From Podarcis muralis (lineage: Eukaryota): 64,000 nucleotides of DNA. The notes under the pieces were generated by a model. That model saw only the letters and a program-made list of their open reading frames with translations, was not told where the DNA came from and did no database searches. The position numbers and the translations under genes are program-made. The number at the start of each line of letters is the position of its first letter. Within the stretch, counting starts at the first letter, position 1. The stretch is taken from assembly GCF_964188315.1 (NCBI RefSeq), contig NC_135659.1:101060001-101124000 (forward strand), written 5' to 3'. This document shows positions 21,461-31,700 of this stretch, piece by piece.

Positions 21461-24400
21461 GGCCGCCTCGCAGAACACCGACCCCGCCGCCAGCGCCGCC
21501 GCCGCCAGGAAGGCCGCCGAGCCCGGCAGCGCCGCCGCCCGGGGCTCCGTCCGGAGCAGGTAGCCGAGAAGCCTGCAGAGCGCCTCGGCGGGGGAAGGGG
21601 GTGGGCCGCCGGGCTCCTAGGCGTGTGCAGAGTGCCTCGGCGGCCCCTCCTGTCGGTGACGGAAGGGGGTAGGCCGCTAGGCTTCTGAGCGCGTGTAGAG
21701 TGTCTCCTGCTTCTTCTTGTTTGCGGGGGTAAGGGGACTCCTGAGCGCGTGCAGAGTGCCTAGGCGGCCCTTCCTGTCGGTGGGGAAAAGGGGTAGGCCG
21801 CCGGGCTCCTGGGCGCGTGCAGAGTGCCTCCGTGCTGCTTCCTATTGGCGGGGGTAGGGGGGCTCCTGGGCGCGTGCAGAGTGCCCCCTGCGGACCTTCT
21901 CTTTCCGGACCCCGCCCTGCTGCTGCCGATCTAACCCTCTTTCCCCGTCTCCGCCCCACAGGCTGCAGCAGGAGCTGATGACTTTGATGGTGAGTCGCCC
22001 TTTTCCCCCGCAGCCCTTGAGCTGCTGCTCTGCTTCTGGCTGGAGAGGCGGGGGGGGGGGGAAGCTTCCTGCCTTCTGGCCAGGCCAGGATGGATGCCCT
22101 TTAAGGGTCCCGGCTGAGTAAGGGGGGGATGGGGTGCCTTGGCTCTGCCAGGGAAGGAGGAAGATCCATCTTGAATGTCTTGAGCAGCCCAGAACAGAGC
22201 CAGCGCCCCCGGGGGCTCCTGGGCTGGGGCGTCGCCTTCCATCTATTTCTTTGCTTGCTTCATTAAATTTATACCCCCACTTGAATGTAGCTAAAAACCT
22301 CAACGCAGGTTAAGAATTTGAGATGTATGTAATGAACGAAAATGAAAAGTGATTAAAAAAAAAACACAAAAAAAAACCCCTCAGCACAGTATAGGAGAAA
22401 GTCAAAAGATCCAACAAAAAATAGTACAGAAATAACAAAAGGTTACAAGAACAATGTGCTGGGGAAAATTGAAACACATCCACTTGTCTAATCAGGCTTG
22501 TCTAAACAAGAACTATGTTGTTATTATTATCTGTTGAAATTGTTTGTCACTTTATCTTGCTCAAACCAAACAAAATGCAAAGCCCACATGGATGCAGTAA
22601 AACCAGGTGGGAGGGGGGTTAAATAAAAAATATCCCACTCAGGCGCCATAAAGTGTGCAGTGAAGTTCCCCGCCTCATCTCAAGAGGCAGGGAGTTCCAA
22701 AGTGTGGGTGCTGCCCTGAAAAACCGAGTTCTTACAAATGCAAAACGGGCAACGTGGGGCGCCTGGGACAGGGCCCAATTCGCAGTCCAAAGTGGTTCAG
22801 TGGGCAGATAGGAGGCAAGGCAAACTCCTAGGTAAACTGGCCCCAGGTTGCTGAGGGTTTTGTGGGCTGTAATAATAATAATAAATTTTATACCCTGCCC
22901 ACCTGGCTGGCTTTCCCCAGCCACTCTGTCCAACAGGACACTAAAAACAGAATAAAACTCCAAACATTCAAAACTTCCCTAAACAGTACTAATGGGGGGG
23001 GCAGCTTGTGAGGCTGTGTGCCGCCTGAGGGGGGGCGCCCTGTTGCCCCAGGGGAGGAATGTGGGTCGGCCGGCCGGGGCAGTTTTCCTTCACCCTCCTG
23101 GGTGAGGCAACCCAGTGCTTCCAGCAAACCACAAAGCGTCTCCCAGTGCCCCCTTCTGCAGCCACTCTCGCCTGTTTCTCCACACAGATGTCTGGGGATA
23201 AAGGGATCTCAGCCTTCCCAGAGTCAGACAACCTCTTCAAGTGGATCGGGACCATTAATGGAGCAACTGGGACGGTGAGTTGGGTCAGGGGGGGAGGAAG
23301 CCTTGGGCCTCGGAGGTCAGCCTCATCTACACCGGCAGAAGCAGCAGCAGCAGCAGTTCCCCAGGGTCTGGGGAGGGGGGGGTCTCCCCCATGTGCAGAA
23401 TCAGACCCAGGGCCTTCCATGCGCAAGGTGCAGCCACCCTGCGGGGTGAGAATTGGGGGGGGGGGTAAGGCAGGGACCCCAAATGAGCCATGCTGCTATC
23501 ATCCTTTTGTCCTGGGAACAAAAATGTCCATCTGAGGGTCCCGGGTGCTTGGCAATATTCCCAGTGTACTCCAGTGGAGTACAGGGTCAGGTTGAAGGGG
23601 CTGGTTTTGACCTTTAAAGCCCTGTGTGGCCTAGGACCCTCGTACCTACGGGACCACCTCTCCTGGTATGCCCCGCGGAGGACCACAAATAACAACACTT
23701 TGGAGGTCCCGAGCCTCAAGGAGGTTAGATTGGTCTCAACCAGAGCCAGGGCTTTTTCGGCTGTGGCTCCAATCTGGTGGAACGCTCTGTCACAAGAGAC
23801 CAGGGCCCTGTGGGATTTGACATCTTTCCGCAGGGCCTGCAAGACAGAGCTGTTCCGCCTGGCCTTTGGTTCGGACTCAGTCTGACCCTTATGTTTCCCT
23901 CCCCTTATGGTCTTGATTTTGATTTATGGGCTACTTTTAAAATGAGGCTGCATTTTAAATTGCATTTTAACCTGTCTTTTAAATTGGTCCCCCCCCCTTT
24001 TTTTTCCCCTATTATGTTTTTACTGTGATTTTATTGGTGTTAGCTGCCCTGAGCCCAGTTCTGGCCAGGGAGGGTGGGGTATAAATACAATTTTTACTAC
24101 TACTATTATTATTAATGCAACATGACATCTGTGCACGTGCAAAGTGCATTCTGTTCTGGCCGTGTATTCAGCCCGCACCCTGCAGTTAGAAGGCAGAGAC
24201 TGAAGTTTAGGCCACTGCCGTCTCTGGCAGAAGCCTTTTGGGTCCTGCCGCTGAGGGCAGAGCAGTTTGGAGATTGCCTAGGAAATGAGGCATATAGGGA
24301 AAGTGCTGCCAGGTTCCCCGTGCTTAAGGGGATCTCCAGAAGGCAAGAGGGAATGGCTGCTGCCTGAGCTCAAAGGGGCCCCGAATCTCCTGCAGCGTTC

Positions 24401-26922
24401 TGTTCTCACAGTGAACAGTTAGAAGCTCACAAACAGTGACGGGAAAGGGTGGGAGCAAGTGGAGTTGGGAATCTTGCCTTGAGGCAGGGGGCAGCGTGGT
24501 GCAATGGTTAGTCTGCCAGACTTGAGGCGGGGATATACCAGGGCTTGAATCCCCACTCGGCCATGAAGCTCACACTGAGGACTAGTCACCTGCCTCTCAG
24601 CCTAGCCTCCCTCGCAGGTCTGTTGCAGGGATTAAATGAGGAAGGGAAGAACTGTGTACACTCCCTTGAGCTACTTCAGAAAAGGTGAACTATAAATGCA
24701 ATTATTTCTAATTAGATGGAGTGCAGGGGCTGCGAAATCCCACCCCAGTGTCTGATTTATGCCTCTCTGCTCTTCTCCCAACCTCTGCCGTCCCCTCCCC
24801 AAAAAGGTGTATGAGGACCTGAGGTACAAGCTGTCCTTGGAGTTCCCCAGCGGGTACCCTTACAACGCGCCCACCGTCAAATTCCTCACCCCCTGCTACC
24901 ACCCCAACGTGGACCTGCAGGGGAACATCTGCCTGGACATCCTCAAGGACAAGTGGTCGGCTCTCTACGACGTCCGAACCATCCTGCTCTCCATCCAGAG
25001 TCTGCTGGGAGGTGAGTCAGAAGCGCTCTGGGCTGGGGGGCTGCTCCTGCCCTCCAACTCCAGGCCTGGCCTGGGGTCCAGCCAGGCCCCTCCAGCCCCA
25101 GTGAAACAACCGGCCCTAGCTTGCCGCTCTACCTGAAGAACTCCTACCCGGTCTTGTCCTGAGAACTCAAGGTGGGCTTGCATGGTCTTTCCTGCATGAA
25201 AGCTGTGTTCCAGGCCTCGTTCATTTTTCCTTCCACAGCGGTGCCGAAAACCCAAAACTGATTTAGCCCCGGTTCGTGCATTGCGGGGGGGGGGGGGGTT
25301 GGGCTGGATGACCCTTGAGGGTCCCTTCCGGCTTTTCGGTTCTATGAAAACCTGCTTCTGTTCGCCCCCGCGGCCCCTCCTTGGTCCCCCACCCAGAATA
25401 ATTCCTGGGGCTGTGCTCAAAAGATCTTCCTGGCTGCAACTTTGGCCGTGGGGTCTGGTGGGGGCTTCTGAGCTGGGAAGAGTTCCCTGGCCTGTTTCTG
25501 GAGCATAGGGGGTGCAGTTGAAGGACCCCCCCCCCCGGTAGTCTTGGGCCTTTGCCAACCGCAGCCCCCGCCCTGATAGCAAATCTCTCCCCTCAGAGCC
25601 AAACGTCGAGAGTCCGCTGAACACGGAAGCTGCAGAGCTTTGGAAGGACCAGGCAGGTGGGTGTCTCGAAATTCAGATTATGCATCAAGGGAGGGAGGCA
25701 TAGCGATGGAGGGGGGTGCCTTTCTGGATCTCCTCTTCTCTCCTCCCCACATCATGTGAAAAGGATCTAGGAGTCTTGGTTGACCACAAACTTGACATGA
25801 GCCAACAGTGTGACGCGGCAGCTAAAAAAGCCAATGCAATTCTGGGCTGCATCAATAGGAGTATAGCATCTAGATCAAGGGAAGTAATAGTGCCACTGTA
25901 TTCTGCTCTGGTCAGACCTCACCTGGAGTACTGTGTCCAGTTCTGGGCACCACAGTTCAAGAAGGACACTGACAAACTGGAACGTGTCCAGAGGAGGGCA
26001 ACCAAAATGGTCAAAGGCCTGGAAACGATGCCTTATGAGGAACGGCTAAGGGAGCTGGGCATGTTTAGCCTGGAGAAGAGGAGGTTAAGGGGTGATATGA
26101 TAGCCATGTTCAGATATATAAAAGGATGTCACATAGAGGAGCGAGAAAGGTTGTTTTCTGCTGCTCCAGAGAAGCGGACACGGAGCAATGGATCCAAACT
26201 ACAAGAAAGAAGATTCCACCTAAACATTAGGAAGAACTTCCTGACAGTAAGAGCTGTTCGACAGTGGAATTTGCTGCCAAGGAGTGTGGTGGAGTCTCCT
26301 TCTCTGGAGGTCTTTAAGCAGAGGCTTGACAACCATATGTCAGGAGTGCTCTGATGGTGTTTCCTGCTTGGCAGGGGGTTGGACTCGATGGCCCTTGTGG
26401 TCTCTTCCAACTCTATGATTCTATGATTCACTTTGAGCCCCAGAGGATGCTGCGAGGATCTGTGCCTTGGAGCATGTACAGAGGGCCAGGGGAACGTCCT
26501 CTGGAACTTGGAGGTAGAGAACAGGCCAGAGGCACTTGAGACTGGGGCGGTGGAGGGAGTGTCGGGGGCTGTTTGGAGGCCCAAGGAAGCCCCCCACTTG
26601 AGTCCTCAACAGAAGTGAGCCGGGGGGGGGGCAGCTATGGAGGAGGACTCAAAGCCACAGCGCCAGATCCTTTGCCCCCACCCCACGGAAATCAGGGTGT
26701 GTGGTTGTCTCTTCCTCCAGCCCCCGACATGGCCTTGGGAGGAAGGGGGGGGGGAGTGTCTTGGGGTTTTTTGGGGGGGTGCCATTGCTCAGGATGCAAA
26801 AGCCATTCAGAAGCCCCCGCCTCCTTCTCCTGACCTTCGTTTCCGTGTCTCTTCCCTCCGCAGCCTACAAGAAATACCTTCACGAATCATATGCAAAGCA
26901 TATGAAGAACCAGGATACCTGA
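21459..26922 (+). CDS. UBE2C: Ubiquitin-conjugating enzyme E2 C (UbcH10), 6 exons, 179 aa
   Basis: Exons 21459-21559, 21962-21989, 23188-23274, 24807-25011, 25597-25656, 26864-26922 (540 nt). [11 protein letters not shown]...[29 protein letters not shown]...[40 protein letters not shown], with the HPN motif and catalytic Cys. Confidence 0.98.
21570..21891 (+). repeat. GC-rich minisatellite in UBE2C intron 1, six cores with alternating ~68/56-bp spacing
   Basis: TG(C/T)AGAG cores at 21574, 21626, 21694, 21750, 21818, 21875. Confidence 0.85.
24488..24715 (+). mobile_element. tRNA-derived CORE/Squam-like SINE (also minus-strand copies at about 31850-32080, 33600-33830, 50870-51090; plus-strand copy 48170-48730)
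   Basis: Head GCAGCGTGGTGCAATGGTTAG...GAATCCCCACTCGGCCATGAAGCT, followed by CAGCCTA(A/G)CCT...CAGG. Boundaries approximate. Confidence 0.65.
25748..26428 (+). mobile_element. Young CR1 LINE, 5'-truncated, uninterrupted ORF2 C-terminus
   Basis: ORF 25716-26354: EKDLGVLVD...[20 protein letters not shown]...[12 protein letters not shown]; (ATTCTATG)n tail. Confidence 0.95.
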
Positions 26923-27067
26923 TGCCCCCCCGCCCCCGCCCCACTCCTGTCTTCCGTCTCCCCCCTGGTGTTGTGTCTGTCTTTGCACCGCTTTCTCTGT
27001 GAATGCCACTGTATTATAGACTTGTTTTTAAATTTATTTGGCATTTTGTCCTGTGGATTAATGTATA

Positions 27068-27073
27068 AATAAA
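27068..27073 (+). terminator. UBE2C polyadenylation signal
   Basis: AATAAA about 145 nt after the stop, followed by a U/GU-rich tract. Confidence 0.75.
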
Positions 27074-27366
27074 CCTGTTTCCTTTTTGGGTTTTTTTTTT
27101 CTAAACGGGGGCCTGGTTCCTGCTTCTGCTGCTCACCTGGGGCCCCCTATATTGAAACCCAGAGGTGGGGGGGTCAGCTCAGAGCACCTCTCCCTATGGA
27201 TGCCGCAAGAGGGGGCTGGCCACTGGGCCGAGGACAGGAGGCACACCTCATTTTACACGTGGGAGCCCGGATGTGGGTTGCTGGCTTGGGGAGGAAGTTT
27301 TGTAGGGAGCCAGGAGAGTGGCCTTGGCCAAGATAAAGCGACTAACAAATTTAATAAATAATAATA

Positions 27367-27718
27367 GGGGCGCGGGTGGCACTGTGGGGTTAAACCAGAA
27401 AGCCTAGGACTTGCCGATCAGAAGGTCGGCGGTTCGAATCCCCGCCATGGGGTGAGCTCCCGTTGCTCGGTCCCTGCTCCTGCCAACCTAGCAGTTCAAA
27501 AGCACGTCAAAGTGCAAGTAGATAAACAGGTACCACTCCATCGGGAAGGTAAATGGCGTTTCCATGCGCTGCTCTGGTTCGCCAGAAGCGGCTTAGTCCT
27601 GCTTGCCACATGACCCGGAAGCTGTACGTCGGCTCCCTTGGCCAGTAAAGCGAGATGAGCGCCGCAACCCCAGAGTCTGCCACGACTGGACCTAATGGTC
27701 AGGGGTCCCTTTACCTTT
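27367..27718 (+). mobile_element. Sauria SINE, full length
   Basis: Head, box B and ACCTTT tail present. Confidence 0.92.
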
Positions 27719-27823
27719 AATAATAATAAATAACAGGGGCTTGCTAAGGGTTCTTGAGACTGCCTAAGAAAAGCCCTGCTGGATCTCCTACTCTTCCTGC
27801 CCCCCCCCCCCCGAGTTAGATTA

Positions 27824-27977
27824 TTGTACTTTTCCATGTATAAGACCAGGGGGGTTTTCTTTAAAAATTATGCTAAAAAGTGGGGGTTGTCTTATACATG
27901 GAGTCATCTTACCCCCATTTTCTTAAATTTGACTCCCCCAAAGTAGGGGGGGGTGTCTTATACACAGAAAAATACGG
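27824..27977. mobile_element. Tc1/mariner-type MITE (related: 42285-42541, 44490-44636)
   Basis: TIR-like GTATTTTTCCGTGTATAAGAC / GTCTTATACACGGAAAAATACGG with TA flanks. Confidence 0.7.
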
Positions 27978-28106
27978 CGGTTCCTTTGAGGAGGCTGCCA
28001 TTCGCTGCCTCTTGCAGCTTTGAATTCCCAGAGCTGGTGAGGGGCTGAGAGAAGACGTCACCGCAATGTCAGATTGGGAAGAACCACCAAGGATCATCCT
28101 CTAGCC

Positions 28107-28243
28107 CAGCGGTTCTCAACCTGTGGGTCCCCAGATGTTGTTGGACTACAACTCCCATCATCCCTGACCACTGGTCCTGTTAGCTAGGGATGGTGGGAAT
28201 TGTAGTCCCAAAACATCTGGAGGGCCGAGTTTGGGGATGCCTC
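28107..28243. mobile_element. hAT MITE with mismatched ends
   Basis: Perfect 8-bp TSD CTCTAGCC; palindromic core shared with 8745-8881. Confidence 0.75.
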
Positions 28244-28511
28244 CTCTAGCCCAGCCCCCTGTCATGAATCCCTGGCCGATGGCCACAACAACTGCTGTCT
28301 AAAAACCTCCAATGAAGGTCTGTCTTGTTGGTCCTGAATGTCGCTCCAGTTGGAATGTCGCCCCCCAAGGGCCATCTAGCCCAACCCCTGCAATGTGGGG
28401 TGGTGGCACACCCAGAGGCCCCCACCATCTGCTCCCATCAACCTCCCCCCTCCCCACCCCTCTGGATCAGGTCCCCACTGCAGACGATGCTCAGCTCCAG
28501 TCCTTTGCTCT

Positions 28512-28517
28512 TTATTG
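28512..28517 (-). terminator. TNNC2 polyadenylation signal
   Basis: TTTATT on the plus strand, about 230 nt past the stop codon. Confidence 0.7.
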
Positions 28518-28746
28518 ATGTGTTGAGTGCTATAAACAGAGCATCACAGCCTTGGGGGGTCGGTGGGCACCCCCAAAGCGGAGCCGAAACGAGTCTCTGA
28601 GCTGTGTTGGAGCAGCAGGCCGGAACAGGACTGGAGGGGTGGGGGCAGCTCAAGAGGCGAGGCTTGGCGGCTGGAGCAGAGGCAAGAGGGGGCCGGCTTG
28701 GTGGCTGGCAGCGGCCCTCAGCTTTGCAGGAATGTATTGAGTCGCT

Positions 28747-31700
28747 TTACTGCACACCCTCCATCATCTTCAGGAACTCTGCGGGGGGAGACGGAAGACG
28801 GGTCAGTCCCAAGGCAGGAGGGGCCAAGGAGCGCGGACTCCACACACCACAGTCCTGAGCAGCAGGATCTCAAGGGGGCAGTATCCTCACCCAGATCGGG
28901 GCTGGCTGTGACTCTAAACCCCCCCCCCCCCAGACAAAGGGCTCTGGCCAGGTTGCCAAGAGCCCAGAATCGACAGCTGCCAAAGCCCAGGAAGGAAGAG
29001 GGAAGCGTATTTCCATCGAAGCTGGGAATTGATTTACTTGTTTTGATAGATAGATGATTTATTACGATCAGAGACCAGCTTATAAAACACACTTGGGGGT
29101 ACAATCCCAGAAGGAAAGCAAACATTTAAAACAATGTACAACAATAAATTTATAAATGCGATAAGCATATAGACACTTAAAACTTTTAAGATGAGTTACC
29201 ACAGACAGATGACCCAGAGTCACCCATGGAACTGAGTTTGGGGATTTTCTTAACGAACTAGTTTGGGTGGGGGGTGGTCTGCGCCTACAAATCTGTACAC
29301 AGAATCTGGCAATCATCCGGGTTGTCTTATTATCTTTGCCTAACAGAAAAGGGTCCAATTTTTGCTTTTCTGGAAGGTCAGCAAGCCTCACCAGCAGGGA
29401 TTTACTTGTTTGTATATAAAATTCATCTCCTGCCAACCTAGCAGTTCGAAAGCACGTCCAAGTGCAAGTAGATCAATAGGTACCGCTCCGGCAGGAAGGT
29501 AAACGGCGTTTCCGTGCGCTGCTCTGGTTCGCCAGAAGTGACTTAGTCATGCTGGCCACATGACCCAGAAGCTGTACGCCGGCTCCCTCGGCCAATAAAG
29601 CGAGATGAGCGCCGCAACCCCAGAGTCGGTCACAACTGGACCTAATGGTCAGGGGTCCCTTTACCTTTTATATAAAATTCATATTCTGCTTGAGCGGGGA
29701 GTCTGTGTGTGCCTTGAGGGCCCTGCCCAGTAAGGCAGGGAGCCTGTGGGGCTGGTGGAAGGGTCACAGAGCTGGCCGGACACCCCCACCCTCTCCAGCT
29801 CCAAAGAAAGGCTGGCTGACCCACTCACCGTCAAAGTCGATCCGGCCATCGTTGTTTTTGTCGCCGTCCTTCATGAGCTCCTCGATCTCTTCTCCAGTGA
29901 CAGACTCTCCGGATAACTGGAAGATCTCGACCAGCTCCTCTGCATCCAGGAAGCCATCGCCATTCCTGTTTGGGGGGGGGGGGGAGAAGCGTTGAAGGAG
30001 GCAGCCCTGATCTCCTCCTGATCTAAACCCCTCACTGCAGTCTGATCAGAGCCAGGTGTGGGCATCCCAGTTTAAGAAGGCTATCGAGGGGCTGGAACGG
30101 GGGCAGGCGACCCGCTGGGTCCCTTCCAACTCTATGGGAACAGCTGTGGGGTTTCTGCGAGCAAGCGTTGTCTTCTCCTAAGGGGGGTTATGGCTTCTCT
30201 GCTCTCCAATCCTTAAAGTTGGGAAGACCAGAGAAGTACTTTGAAAGGCAAGAAAGAGTCCCTAGGTGTTTCTTGCCAGGGACGAAAGAAGAAGAAGAAG
30301 AATGGAGGATGAAATTAATGGACTATGCAGAACTAGATAAACTAACAGGAAGGATTCGAAATCGGCGGGACCAGAAATTCACAGAAGACTGGCGTAAATT
30401 TACAGACCATTTGAAAAGTAATTGTGATGATCAGACTACGTTTGTAGGTTTGCAAGAAGTTTTGTGAGGTGAATTATTGGCACTATTGCACAAATGGATA
30501 AAAGGGAGGATGGTTAATTAAGATAATTAAAGGCAATATGAATTTAAAAAATGCATAAGAGGTGGTCAAAACGGTGGATCATCAGAGGTGCTGATGGAAG
30601 TCCAAAAAAAGATTGTATAAGTGGTGAAGTTTTGTGGTATGCATTATAATTTATATGTTAAAATTAATAAAAATTATGTAAAAAGAAAGAAACCGTCCCT
30701 AGCAGAGCACCTCCTGCAGATCTTAAAATGCAGCCAGCTTGGAGTGGGAAGAGGTGTTCCTTCAGCCTTGACGCCCTAAAACGGGCCCAGAAGACAAGAA
30801 GCAATGGGTGCAATTGTTCTCAGATATTCTCCCTGCCAGGAAGTCTCCTGCAGAGAGCATTGCAAGAGCCGGCCCTGAAGTAGCAGAGCAAAGATCACTG
30901 GAGCCAAGCTGTCTCTCCAGGAGTGGCCAAGGGTGGCACAGTGGTGCAGAGGCCACCTGCCAAAGGCGATTCAAGGAGCACCCCCAAGCTATGCTCCTGC
31001 TCCTTTGAGGGCAGTGCCACCCTGTTTAGAACAAGATGCCCACCAGCGCCCGGATCGGAGGGCCGATCACCCACAGAGCCTCCATCTTGTCTGGATTCAG
31101 CTGGTTTGTTGGCTGCACAACCGGCATGTGGGGTGGAACCGGGCAGGTGCCCCCTGCCCCACTTCTCTGGATGGAACCAACGTGTGTGTTTTGGATGGGT
31201 TGGCCTGTGGCAGACTGGTGGTGAGGGAAGGCTCCCCACTGGCGTGCCAGGATGAGACTGCATGTGACCTTCTGATTCCACACAAGCACCCCAGGGTTGG
31301 TGACCCCCAACTCTTCCTTCCCCTCCAAGCCTGGCACCAGCTGGGCAGCGACCAAGCAGTGAAGGGAGATGGTGTCTGGGCAGCCAGGATCGCTGGGTCC
31401 CCTGAGGTTCCGGGGGCCCCTTCTGCGCCTTTCACACTTAGCTCAGCCCAGTCCTCTGCCTTTGCAGGGGCAGGAGGAGCCCCTACCCTTTGTGCCCGGC
31501 ATTCGCCTAGTCAGGCTCCTCCTTCCTCAAAAGCTGCCAGTGTTTGCCGGGAGGTGAAAAAGGAGACCGGACAGAATTAGCCTCCAGGTAACAGGAGAAG
31601 AGGCAGCTTCTGTGACAACTGCAGCTCACTCTCTGTTTGGGCTCTGGGTGCGAAAGCCAGCTTTGGGAAGAGCTGCAGGTGGGGAAATCTCAGCTCTGTG

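Noticed and set aside
21570-21891. Repeat-spacer-like periodicity suggesting a CRISPR array
   Set aside because: Eukaryotic intron; the 'spacers' are themselves homologous and there are no cas genes. It is a minisatellite.
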